Shown here: positions 20,270 through 28,689 of the stretch, in pieces
Position numbering within the stretch: position 1 is the stretch's first letter
How the letters are laid out: the number at the start of each line of letters is the position of its first letter
Position numbers and translations under genes: made by a program
The notes under the pieces: model-generated
Database searches by the model: none
Told to the model about the DNA's origin: nothing
What the model saw: the letters and a program-made list of their open reading frames with translations, nothing else
Source of the DNA: Acidobacteriaceae bacterium
GTDB taxonomy: Bacteria; Acidobacteriota; Terriglobia; Terriglobales; Acidobacteriaceae
NCBI GenBank assembly: GCA_030050035.1
Contig: JASIJW010000604.1
Location: 1-40,374, forward strand
Direction of reading: 5' to 3'
DNA: 40,374 bases

Positions 20270-20303
20270 ATACGCCTGCTTGAGGAAATTGGCCGCTCGG
20301 ATT

Positions 20304-20397
20304 CGAAAGCTTCCCACGCCGGCATTATCCGGATCGGGTTCGAGGGTATCTTCTCAGCCCCGCCAACGCCCAATGCGCGCGGAGCACCCCTGTTTCA
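20304..20397 (-). ncRNA. TPP riboswitch (THI element)
   Basis: Minus strand GAAACAGGGGTGC...GGCTGAGAAGATACCCTCGAACCCGATCCGGATAATGCCGGCGTGGGAAG contains the conserved CTGAGA, ACCC, GAACC-GATC and GGATAATGCC-GCG-GGGA elements. Confidence 0.95.
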
Positions 20398-20441
20398 ACT
20401 CTATGATTGGAACACTTTTGAGCGCGCATTGCAAATCGGCA

Positions 20442-21758
20442 CTACGGATCCGTCAGCACTCCGGCGGCGATATCTGCGCGGAGGGACTCGGAGGTGAGCG
20501 CGTCCGCTTTGCGCAGCGCCGGGAACAGGCGCGACCAGATGCCGGCCACGGCCAGCGCGCCGATGCCGCCGATCACTGTAGCGCGCACCGCGCCCCACCA
20601 CTGGGCCGTGAGACCGCTCTCGAATTCGCCAAGCTCATTCGAGGCCCCGATGAACAGCGAGTTGACCGCGCTCACCCGGCCGCGCATCGCCGGGGGCGTG
20701 GCCAGTTGCAGCACAGAGCCGCGGATAATAACGCTGACCATATCGGCTGCGCCAAGCACGACAAGCGAGCCGAGCGACAGCCACAGGTTGCGCGATAGGC
20801 CGAAGATAATCGTCATCGTCCCGAAGATGGAGACGCAGAAGAACAGGATGCGGCCGGCTCGGCGGCGCAGCGGAAAACGCGCCAACGCGAGCGACATAAT
20901 GACGGCGCCTACGGCTGGTGCGGCGCGAAGCATACCAAGTCCGCGCGGGCCCTGGTGCAGAATGTCATGCGCGAAGATGGGCATAAGCGCGGTGGCACCG
21001 CCGAGCAGGACGACGAAGAGATCGAGCGAGAAGGATCCGAGCAGGATGGGCGCGCGACGCACGTATTGGAAGCCGGCGAGCAGCACCTTGATGGAAATAT
21101 CGCGGTGCTCCATGCGACCGGGGCGCACATGCAGCGTGCCGACAAGGATTAGAAACCAGACCAGTGCGATGAAAGTGAAGACATACACGATGCCCGCGCC
21201 TTCCAACCTTGTGCCCGGGAAAAAATGCGCCAGCGGGAATGTAAACAGCAGGCCGCCGAGTGCGGGTCCGGTAATGTTAGCGATCTGGAAGATGGCGCCG
21301 CCCCAGGTAACCGCGTTGACGAAGTGCTCTTCCGGAACGAGGTGCGGAACGAGCGCGGAGCTGGCAGGACCGGAGAATGCGCGGCCGGTTCCGACGGCGA
21401 ACAGTACTGCGTAGATGGCGAGAACATTCTGTGTGCCGCTGCAGGCCAGCAGAGCGAGTGTGGCGCTGGCAAAAAGCTGCAGCGTGTAGCAGACGAGGAT
21501 CACGCGGCGGCGGTCGAAGCGATCAGCAGCGTGGCCAGCGGGCAAAAGAAAAATCAGGCCGGGCAGAAACAGGGCGAGGCCAGTGTAGCCAAGGTCGATG
21601 GCGCGGTGAGTGATGGAATACACCTGCCAGGCGACGGCGATGGCCTGCGCTTCGGCCCCCAGAATTGCGGCTACGCGCGCCAGCTGATACCGCCGAAAGT
21701 CGCGGGAAGCAAATGCTTCCATGCCGCGTCGCGGCGACGGCTTGGAATCCGATTCCAC
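20442..21758 (-). CDS. MFS transporter
   Basis: ~12 TM segments; motif-A-like GHAADRFDRRR; ATPPAMRGRV. Confidence 0.92.
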   Translation of the reverse strand: MESDSKPSPRRGMEAFASRDFRRYQLARVAAILGAEAQAIAVAWQVYSITHRAIDLGYTGLALFLPGLIFLLPAGHAADRFDRRRVILVCYTLQLFASATLALLACSGTQNVLAIYAVLFAVGTGRAFSGPASSALVPHLVPEEHFVNAVTWGGAIFQIANITGPALGGLLFTFPLAHFFPGTRLEGAGIVYVFTFIALVWFLILVGTLHVRPGRMEHRDISIKVLLAGFQYVRRAPILLGSFSLDLFVVLLGGATALMPIFAHDILHQGPRGLGMLRAAPAVGAVIMSLALARFPLRRRAGRILFFCVSIFGTMTIIFGLSRNLWLSLGSLVVLGAADMVSVIIRGSVLQLATPPAMRGRVSAVNSLFIGASNELGEFESGLTAQWWGAVRATVIGGIGALAVAGIWSRLFPALRKADALTSESLRADIAAGVLTDP

Positions 21759-21759
21759 G

Positions 21760-23424
21760 CTACACGCCTACCGGGAACGGCTTGGGCGCGGCTTCTTCCG
21801 GCGCGACTCCACCGCTGCGCCAGCGGTCTAAACGGCCTTGCAGCAGGCTCATCAGGCCGGTGTACCAGTAGCCAAGGACGAAGAGAATCAGGAATGGCGC
21901 GGTGAAGTAATTTTTGTTCGAAAAGGTGTACCAGATGGCGGCAGCAAAATAGCAGCCTAAAAGCAGTTCAATCCACGGAGCGAGCTTGAGGCGCTTGCGA
22001 TACTTGGCGGCCTGGGACTTCTGGCCCTTCTGTGCCACGCGGTACTTGGGCGTGCGGACAAAGGCGCTCTTGATCCCCAGCAGCGCTTCCATCACCGCTT
22101 TGGTGTTGGTAACGGTTAGGCCGATGCCGACGGCCATCAGGAACGGCAGATAGTAGAAGGTGCGCTTCCACGTCTTGGGGTGAATCTCGCGCTGGCTCAT
22201 GACGTAGAAGACGGCGATTGAAAATGTCGATGCCGCGAATAGAGGAACGTCGATGAGCAGCATCTGAAACCAGCCCTGGTAGAAGCGGCAGATCATGGCT
22301 GGGATGAGAAGTGCCGACATGATGACCATGAGCGGATAGCTCATGTTGGCAGTGAGGTGGTAGACCGACTCGATCTTATTGCGGCGCGAGGTGTTGGAGC
22401 GGAAGACCATGGGCAGCACCTTGATGCTGGTCTGAATCAGTCCTTTGGCCCAGCGCGCCTGCTGGGTCTTGAACGCCGTCATTTCGATGGGCAACTCGGA
22501 CGGGCACTCGACTTCCGGCAGATATTTAAATCGCCAACCGGCCATCTGCGAGCGGTAGCTGAGGTCGGTGTCTTCGGTGAGGGTGTCGTGCTGCCAGCCG
22601 CCGCCGTCGACGATCGCCTGCCGGCGCCACATTCCTGCGGTGCCGTTGAAGTTGAAGAACTCGCCGGTGCGGACGCGGGAGCCGTGCTCGAGAACGAAGT
22701 GGCCGTCGAGCAGGATGGCCTCGATCTGCGTGAGGAGGCTGTAGTCGCGGTTGAGGTGCGTCCAGCGGGTTTGCACCATGCCGATCTCGGGCTCCGCGAA
22801 GTGATGGATCACTTTCATGAGCCAGTCGGCGGGTGGCACAAAGTCGGCGTCGAAGATGGCGACGAACTCGCCTTTGGCCACTTTGAGGCCGGCATCGAGC
22901 GCTCCGGCCTTAAAGCCGTGACGATTGGTGCGATGGATGTAGACGATTGGATGGCCAAGAGCCGCGTAGCGGTCGACGATGGCCGATGCCACCTGCACGG
23001 TTTCGTCGGTCGAGTCATCGAGCACCTGGATCTCGAGCTTTTCACGCGGGTATTCCATGGCGCAGACGGCTTCAATCAGCCGGTCGATGACGAACTGCTC
23101 GTTGAAGATGGGGAGCTGCACGGTCACCCGCGGAAGGTCTTCAAAGTGCTTCGGCGGATTGGGATCGTAATTCTTCCGGTACTTGAAATACTGGTAGCAC
23201 ATCGTGTAGCGATGAATGCCGTAGAAGGAGAGCAGGATCATCACCGCGAAATACGGCAGCAGCATGGAGGCGTCGAACCAGTTCCAGTGGTACAGGCCCT
23301 TGAAGGTCTGGTCGGCGTACTGCATTTTGAGATAGTGGCGCAGGCCGTTTTGTGAGGCGAAGGCCAAGAGCGATGGCGTTTGGCCCAAGCGGGCAGTGAT
23401 CGGATTGAGGAGTGCGGCAAGCAC
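21760..23424 (-). CDS. Membrane glycosyltransferase family 2 (cellulose-synthase-like/CslA-type)
   Basis: [29 protein letters not shown] and QQARW (D,D,D,QxxRW) motifs, with flanking TM helices. Confidence 0.93.
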   Translation of the reverse strand: MLAALLNPITARLGQTPSLLAFASQNGLRHYLKMQYADQTFKGLYHWNWFDASMLLPYFAVMILLSFYGIHRYTMCYQYFKYRKNYDPNPPKHFEDLPRVTVQLPIFNEQFVIDRLIEAVCAMEYPREKLEIQVLDDSTDETVQVASAIVDRYAALGHPIVYIHRTNRHGFKAGALDAGLKVAKGEFVAIFDADFVPPADWLMKVIHHFAEPEIGMVQTRWTHLNRDYSLLTQIEAILLDGHFVLEHGSRVRTGEFFNFNGTAGMWRRQAIVDGGGWQHDTLTEDTDLSYRSQMAGWRFKYLPEVECPSELPIEMTAFKTQQARWAKGLIQTSIKVLPMVFRSNTSRRNKIESVYHLTANMSYPLMVIMSALLIPAMICRFYQGWFQMLLIDVPLFAASTFSIAVFYVMSQREIHPKTWKRTFYYLPFLMAVGIGLTVTNTKAVMEALLGIKSAFVRTPKYRVAQKGQKSQAAKYRKRLKLAPWIELLLGCYFAAAIWYTFSNKNYFTAPFLILFVLGYWYTGLMSLLQGRLDRWRSGGVAPEEAAPKPFPVGV

Positions 23425-23634
23425 GGCTGTCAGGTAGGCCTCCGAGGGAGGGATGGTTAAATTTTACGCGAAAGTCGGATTGCGACCAGCCCTGGCAGGC
23501 GCGGGCCGCCGTACCTTTATACCGGTTAGATTTGCCGCATCCGTGGTTTGCTGTTCAAGTTGGGAAATGCCGGTATCGGCCTGGCTCATACCACGACGTC
23601 GTATCCCCACCCCTCCCTTCCAATGCTTCGGAGG

Positions 23635-23732
23635 ATGTATCTGATTCCATTAGACTTACGGCAGGGAGCTTCTCGCATCTATCTGATCCTCAAGAACTTA
23701 TTTACAGTTATTTTAGAATCAGCGACTTACGG
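23635..23732. repeat. Three degenerate 24-bp direct repeats ending in ACTTA
   Basis: 23635-23658 ATGTATCTGATTCCATTAGACTTA; 23677-23700 ATCTATCTGATCCTCAAGAACTTA; 23706-23729 AGTTATTTTAGAATCAGCGACTTA. Confidence 0.5.
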
Positions 23733-24172
23733 TGGACTTTCTAGGTGGTTTGTTGTCGAGGCGTTCTTCAGGAGGCTCTCTCCGAACCTGGCCGATGGTC
23801 TTCAGCATAGCGGATTCCGGCGTAATCCAGCGCAATGGGCTGTGACCGATTTTTGCTTTTGAATTCAGGCGATTGCAAAGCAGACCAGCGGGCCAGGGGT
23901 TGACCGACATGGAGATTAGCGGGCCTGGCTGTTCCCTGCCCAGTTCCCCAATGTCTCAGTTTGAATGATGACCATCCTCTATCGGCTAAAGTCTTTTCCA
24001 CAAGCGATCAAATCGTTCCCGCTTCAAAGTCCTGCTCATATTTTTCTGATGTTCGTTAACGTATGAGCATAGGCCCACAAGCTTCAAGTACTTCCGAGAC
24101 TGGCCCCTCGCGCGCGGGTCTTCCATTACCCGCATCTATTTTCATAACGTAGTCTCTGTTCGGAGTAAGAAT

Positions 24173-26008
24173 ATGTCCACGCTTGTTCCTTCTTCTACGG
24201 CTTCCTCCGCATCCACCACGTCAACTGCTCCAGGCGCTCCGATCGCCGCGGCGGGCGGAAGCTTTCTTCTCGAGGACCGCCAGCCGGCGGAGGTGTTTAC
24301 GCCGGAGGATTTGAACGAGGAGCAGCGGCAGATTGCCGCGACCGCGGCGCGGTTTGCACGCGAGGAGATTCAGCCGGTGGCCGATGCCATTGAGGCCAAG
24401 GAGCCGGGGGTGATGGCGGGCATCTTGCGCAAGGGGGCTGAGCTGGGGCTGATGTCGGGTGAGATTCCGGAGGAATTCGGCGGAATGGGGCTGGATAAGA
24501 CCAGCTCGTCGCTGATTGCCGACCATCTTTCGGTGCTGGCCAGCTTTTCAACGGCCTTTGGCGCGCACGCAGGCATCGCGACGCTGCCGCTGGTGTGGTA
24601 CGGCACTGAAGACCAGAAGCGGCGTTACCTGCCCAAGCTGGCTTCATGCGAGATGATCGGCGCCTATGCGCTGTCGGAGGCAAGCTCCGGGTCGGACGCC
24701 ATGAACATCCGCACGCGGGCGACGCTGACTGAAGACGGGAAGCATTACACCCTGAACGGAGAAAAGCACTGGATTACGAACTGCGCGATTGCGGGGCTGT
24801 ACACGGTGTTCGCCAAGATCGACGGCGAGAAGTTTTCGGCATTCCTGATCGAGCGCGATACGCCGGGGCTGAGCGTGGGCGCAGAGGAGCATAAGCTGGG
24901 CATTCGCGGCTCGTCGACCTGCCCGCTGATTTTGCAGGACTGCAAGGTGCCGGCGGAAAACCTGCTGGGCGAGGCCGGCAAGGGGCACCACATCGCCTTC
25001 AACGTGCTGAACATGGGGCGTCTGAAACTGGGCGTGGCCTGCATTGGCGGCGCGCGGCACGGATTGGCGCACATGATTCGTTATGCAAAGGAACGCCGCG
25101 CGTTTGGACGCGCGATCTCCGAGCTGGGGCTGATCCAGCGCAAGATATCCGCGAGCGCGGCGCACCTCTATGCGGCCGAGTGCATGACCTACCGCACGCT
25201 GGGGATGATTGATGCGAGCCTGGCGGAGCTTGAGGGCAAGCAGCACACCTACCGCGAGACGCAGCAGCGCATTGAGGAGTACGCGGTGGAGTGCTCGATT
25301 TTGAAGGTGTACGACTCCGAGATGCTGACGCTGGTCGCCGATGAGCTGGTGGCTACGATGGGCGGTTATGGCTACGTGGAAGAGTATCCGGCCGAGCGCA
25401 TGTATCGCGATGCGCGCATTAACCGGATCTTCGAGGGGACGAATGAAATCAACCGGCTGATTATCACCGGCTGGCTGATGAAGCGCGCGATGGCCGGCAA
25501 GCTGCCGCTGCTGGCTGCGATCAAGCGGGTGATGGATGAGGTGACACAGCCGCCTTCATTCGATGCGGGCGGAGAAGGCGCTGCGCCGATGGCACGCGAG
25601 GCTGCAGTTCTGGCCGCGGTGCGCAAGATGACGCTTTTCGCAGCGGGCGTGGCGAGCCAGCGGTTCATGACGGCGCTCGAAAATCAGCAGGAGGTGATGG
25701 CGGACCTGGCAGACATGATCGTGCATGTGTTTGCACTTGAGTCAGCCTTGCTGCGCGCGCGCAAGCTGGGCGGGCGCGGCGCGGCTGCTGCGGCCGAGGC
25801 CATGACGGGACTGCTGGCCGATGAGGCGATGACCGTGGCCGAGCAGTGCGCGCGGCGCGTACTCGGGGCCGCAGCCGAGGGTGACATGCTGCGCACACAG
25901 CTCGCGATTTTGCGGCGTCTGGCGCGGTTTTCGCCGGCAAACGAAACGGTGCTGAGCCAGGCCGTGGCGCGGCAGTGCATTGAGGTCGAGCGGTATCCGC
26001 TGGGGTAG
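24173..26008 (+). CDS. Acyl-CoA dehydrogenase (long, FadE/VLCAD-like)
   Basis: AYALSEASSGSD, LNGEKHWITN, KLGIRGSST, GGYGY and RIFEGTNEINR motifs; C-terminal extension. Confidence 0.95.
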   Translation: MSTLVPSSTASSASTTSTAPGAPIAAAGGSFLLEDRQPAEVFTPEDLNEEQRQIAATAARFAREEIQPVADAIEAKEPGVMAGILRKGAELGLMSGEIPEEFGGMGLDKTSSSLIADHLSVLASFSTAFGAHAGIATLPLVWYGTEDQKRRYLPKLASCEMIGAYALSEASSGSDAMNIRTRATLTEDGKHYTLNGEKHWITNCAIAGLYTVFAKIDGEKFSAFLIERDTPGLSVGAEEHKLGIRGSSTCPLILQDCKVPAENLLGEAGKGHHIAFNVLNMGRLKLGVACIGGARHGLAHMIRYAKERRAFGRAISELGLIQRKISASAAHLYAAECMTYRTLGMIDASLAELEGKQHTYRETQQRIEEYAVECSILKVYDSEMLTLVADELVATMGGYGYVEEYPAERMYRDARINRIFEGTNEINRLIITGWLMKRAMAGKLPLLAAIKRVMDEVTQPPSFDAGGEGAAPMAREAAVLAAVRKMTLFAAGVASQRFMTALENQQEVMADLADMIVHVFALESALLRARKLGGRGAAAAAEAMTGLLADEAMTVAEQCARRVLGAAAEGDMLRTQLAILRRLARFSPANETVLSQAVARQCIEVERYPLG

Positions 26009-26060
26009 GTGGATTTTCGCGCCACTTCGATGTGGGTTGCGAGGAACGAAGCGGCGCATT

Positions 26061-26121
26061 CCCTCAGGGGCTGAAGCCCCGCTGTTGAATGACCTTCATG
26101 TACGGGCTAAAGCCCGTACCT
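26061..26121. repeat. REP-like paired palindromic element
   Basis: GGGGCT-GA-AGCCCC (26067-26080) and GTACGGGCT-AA-AGCCCGTAC (26100-26119) share the core GGGCTRAAGCCC; located between convergent genes. Confidence 0.7.
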
Positions 26122-26190
26122 TTCATTGGCCCCAAATCAATACCGATCATGAGTTTCCGTTCAATGAGGGAACGCCAGTTTCGATCATTG

Positions 26191-26757
26191 CTACGCTGCG
26201 GCGCGACGACCGGCTTCGTGGCTGAAGTGTTCGACGATGGCGCGGTTGAAGGCGGGAATGTCGTCGGGCTTGCGGCTGGTGATGAACTGGCCGTCGCTTA
26301 CAACTTCCTTGTCGACCCAGTTGCCGCCGGCGTTGCGGATGTCGGTTTTAAGCGAGGGCCACGAGGTGATGGTTTTGCCGCGGACGATGCCGGCTTCAAC
26401 CAGCATCCACGGGCCGTGGCAGATGGCCGCGATAGGCTTTCCCGACTGCGAGAAGTCGCGCACGAAATCGACTGCTTTGGGACTCATGCGCAGACGATCG
26501 GGATTCATAACGCCGCCGGGCAACAATAGCGCGTCAAACTGGTCGGGCTTAACCTCATCGAGCGTTTTGTTGACGGTTACCGTGTCGCCCCAGTCCTTCA
26601 TGTCCCAGCCTTTAATCTCGCCGGATTTGGGCGCGATGACGACTGTGTCTGCCCCGGCCTGGTCGAGCGCTTTGCGCGGCTCGATGAGCTCTGCCTGCTC
26701 AAAGCCATCGGTAGCCAAGATCGCAACTGTCTTGCCCTTCAGAATGGAAGAAGTCAT
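26191..26757 (-). CDS. PfpI/DJ-1 family protein (YhbO-like)
   Basis: AILATDGFEQAE, DALLLPGG, AAICHGPW nucleophile elbow and ITSRKPDDIPAF. Confidence 0.93.
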   Translation of the reverse strand: MTSSILKGKTVAILATDGFEQAELIEPRKALDQAGADTVVIAPKSGEIKGWDMKDWGDTVTVNKTLDEVKPDQFDALLLPGGVMNPDRLRMSPKAVDFVRDFSQSGKPIAAICHGPWMLVEAGIVRGKTITSWPSLKTDIRNAGGNWVDKEVVSDGQFITSRKPDDIPAFNRAIVEHFSHEAGRRAAA

Positions 26758-26838
26758 GGCTATCCTCTCTTGCGCGTTCGTTGATTAGGACGCGCGGACG
26801 GAGGGGTAGGGTTGCCGTGGGCGTTAGATTCTGAACCG

Positions 26839-27486
26839 CTACTTCAGCTCGCGTAGTTTGAAGTCGGTGAAGGTGATCTGGTAGCCCTCGGCTTCAAGGC
26901 CTACATAGCCGCGGAGGACTGCCTGCACAGTGTTCACGACTTCGCCGTTGACGGCGAGCGTGCAGGTGGCGCCGGTGCAGCGAATGTCGAAGACGTTCCA
27001 TTGGCCGGCGGGCTTGACGCGGTTTTCCTTCATGTCTTTCTGCAGGTTGAAGCGAGTGGGCTTGCCGTCGATGGGCGTAAGACCGAAGATGTAGCCGCCG
27101 GCGAGCGAGGTCTGCGCCTGATACCAGATGGTGCCGTCAGAGTTGTTGCGGAAGAAGACGCCGCTGTTGTATTTGGGTGTGCTCCCGTTCGTGTCGTTGA
27201 CGGGCGTGAAGCGCCATTTGACGTGGAATTCGAAGTCGCCGAGTTCGTGGTTGAAACGCAGCCATTCATGGCCGCCATTGCCGTCGCAGATGATGGTGCG
27301 TTTGGCTGCGTCGATGTGCCATTGCGGAACGTTCGAGACCGGATGCGTGGGCGGGATGGCGATGCGGGTCCACTGCTGGTCCGCGTCGGACGGGAACATG
27401 TTGATCTTTTGCGCAGCGGCAGGAAGAGTGGCGGAGCAGAATACAAAAAAGGCGGCGCAAAGCAGCTTTGCGTGTGACCGATTCAT
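26839..27486 (-). CDS. DUF1080 / 3-keto-disaccharide hydrolase family exported protein
   Basis: Signal peptide; GDFEFHVKWR, NSGVFFR, GQWN and GYVGLEAEG motifs. Confidence 0.8.
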   Translation of the reverse strand: MNRSHAKLLCAAFFVFCSATLPAAAQKINMFPSDADQQWTRIAIPPTHPVSNVPQWHIDAAKRTIICDGNGGHEWLRFNHELGDFEFHVKWRFTPVNDTNGSTPKYNSGVFFRNNSDGTIWYQAQTSLAGGYIFGLTPIDGKPTRFNLQKDMKENRVKPAGQWNVFDIRCTGATCTLAVNGEVVNTVQAVLRGYVGLEAEGYQITFTDFKLRELK

Positions 27487-27528
27487 CGATTTCTCCCAGC
27501 GGTGTTTTATTCGGGAGGAATTTTAACA

Positions 27529-28500
27529 TCAGAAGGGCGTGCCGCCTTTGAAATCGGCAGTGATGGCGGCTTCAACGCCAGACATGCTGGCGGAATCGGA
27601 AAAGATGAGGCCGAGCTCGCGGTTTTTGGTGAGCGAATCGGCGGTGAAGTTTTCAGAGCCGAGGAAAAGTTTTGCCTGTGCTGTGCCGTAGTCCGCGAGC
27701 ACGCTTTTGGCGTGAATGTAGTAGCTCTTGGGCGAAGTCGAGGTGTAGACGGCGATTTTTGCGCCAGCCTTCTTGAGCGGCGTAAGCACGGAGTCGTACT
27801 TGCCTTCCTGATTTTCCTGCACGAGCGTAACGGAGACGCCGCGCTTGAGGGCGGACTCGAGCGCCGATTGCACCTGCTTATCGTCGAACTCTTCCTGCGA
27901 GATAAGGAGCGAGTGCGTGGCGCCGTTGATGAGCGCGAGCAGCGCGGCAGTCGAATTGGTCGGGCTCCAGACGAGGTTTTCTCCCGTGGGCGGCGTGATG
28001 GATTTGTTGGCGAAGTCGGCGTTGAAGGTGGTGACGATGGCGGCGACGTCTGCAGCATTGTTGGTGATGACGGCGAAGTCGCGCGTGGTGGCGTAGGCGC
28101 TCGGCGTGAGGTTGAGCGTCATGATGGCCGAGGTGGCCTCGTCGACGGTGATGGTCTTCTGGTGGGTGACGGCGAAGGCGGGGTTGGCCCAGTGCACACC
28201 GATTTTGTGTTGCTGGAGGTAGGTGTAGGCAGGGGTGTTGCTGCGCTTCTCGTCGTTCTGGTCGAGGATGACGCGGACCGCGATGCCCGCAGCGGCAGCT
28301 TTGCCGAGTATGTCGGTGACGGTGATGTCGGTCAGCTCGTAGATGGTGATGTCGATGGATTTTTTAGCCGAGGAGATGAGACTGTAGATTGGGCCCATAT
28401 CGTCTTCGGGTTCGGTGATGAGGGTGTAGGTGGTCGTGGATGAAGATCTGGATACGGCGTGATGAGTGCTGCTCGCGCGTGCCTTGGTGGTTCCGGGCAT
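27529..28500 (-). CDS. Phospholipase D superfamily protein (two HKD motifs)
   Basis: HQKTITVD and HAKSVLAD...GSEN...NRELG; GGGAGG SD. Confidence 0.88.
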   Translation of the reverse strand: MPGTTKARASSTHHAVSRSSSTTTYTLITEPEDDMGPIYSLISSAKKSIDITIYELTDITVTDILGKAAAAGIAVRVILDQNDEKRSNTPAYTYLQQHKIGVHWANPAFAVTHQKTITVDEATSAIMTLNLTPSAYATTRDFAVITNNAADVAAIVTTFNADFANKSITPPTGENLVWSPTNSTAALLALINGATHSLLISQEEFDDKQVQSALESALKRGVSVTLVQENQEGKYDSVLTPLKKAGAKIAVYTSTSPKSYYIHAKSVLADYGTAQAKLFLGSENFTADSLTKNRELGLIFSDSASMSGVEAAITADFKGGTPF

Positions 28501-28634
28501 GGGGGACCTCCCTAGTGAGGATTGGGGGTGTGGCCGGAGCGGTCTGGATACGATTTTGGGCGTGGATTGGATTGTAGCGCCAGTTGGACGGGACGGGCGG
28601 AAAAATTCTGTGAATCGGCGGCAGTTCTCGGCAG

Positions 28635-28671
28635 AAAAAATCCCGCGGCTCGATTGAGCCGCGGGATTTTT
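28635..28671. terminator. Rho-independent terminator after infB (bidirectional form)
   Basis: A6-TCCCGCGGCTC[GATT]GAGCCGCGGGA-T5, a perfect 11-bp stem. Confidence 0.92.
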
Positions 28672-28689
28672 GTTGGTTTTAGGTTGGAT

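Noticed and set aside
20237-20317. ORF-track start of the TonB receptor
   Set aside because: It lies within the TPP aptamer and expression platform.
23412-24001. Short ORFs in the GT2 to acyl-CoA dehydrogenase gap
   Set aside because: Atypical composition, no SD or motifs, and overlapping frames.
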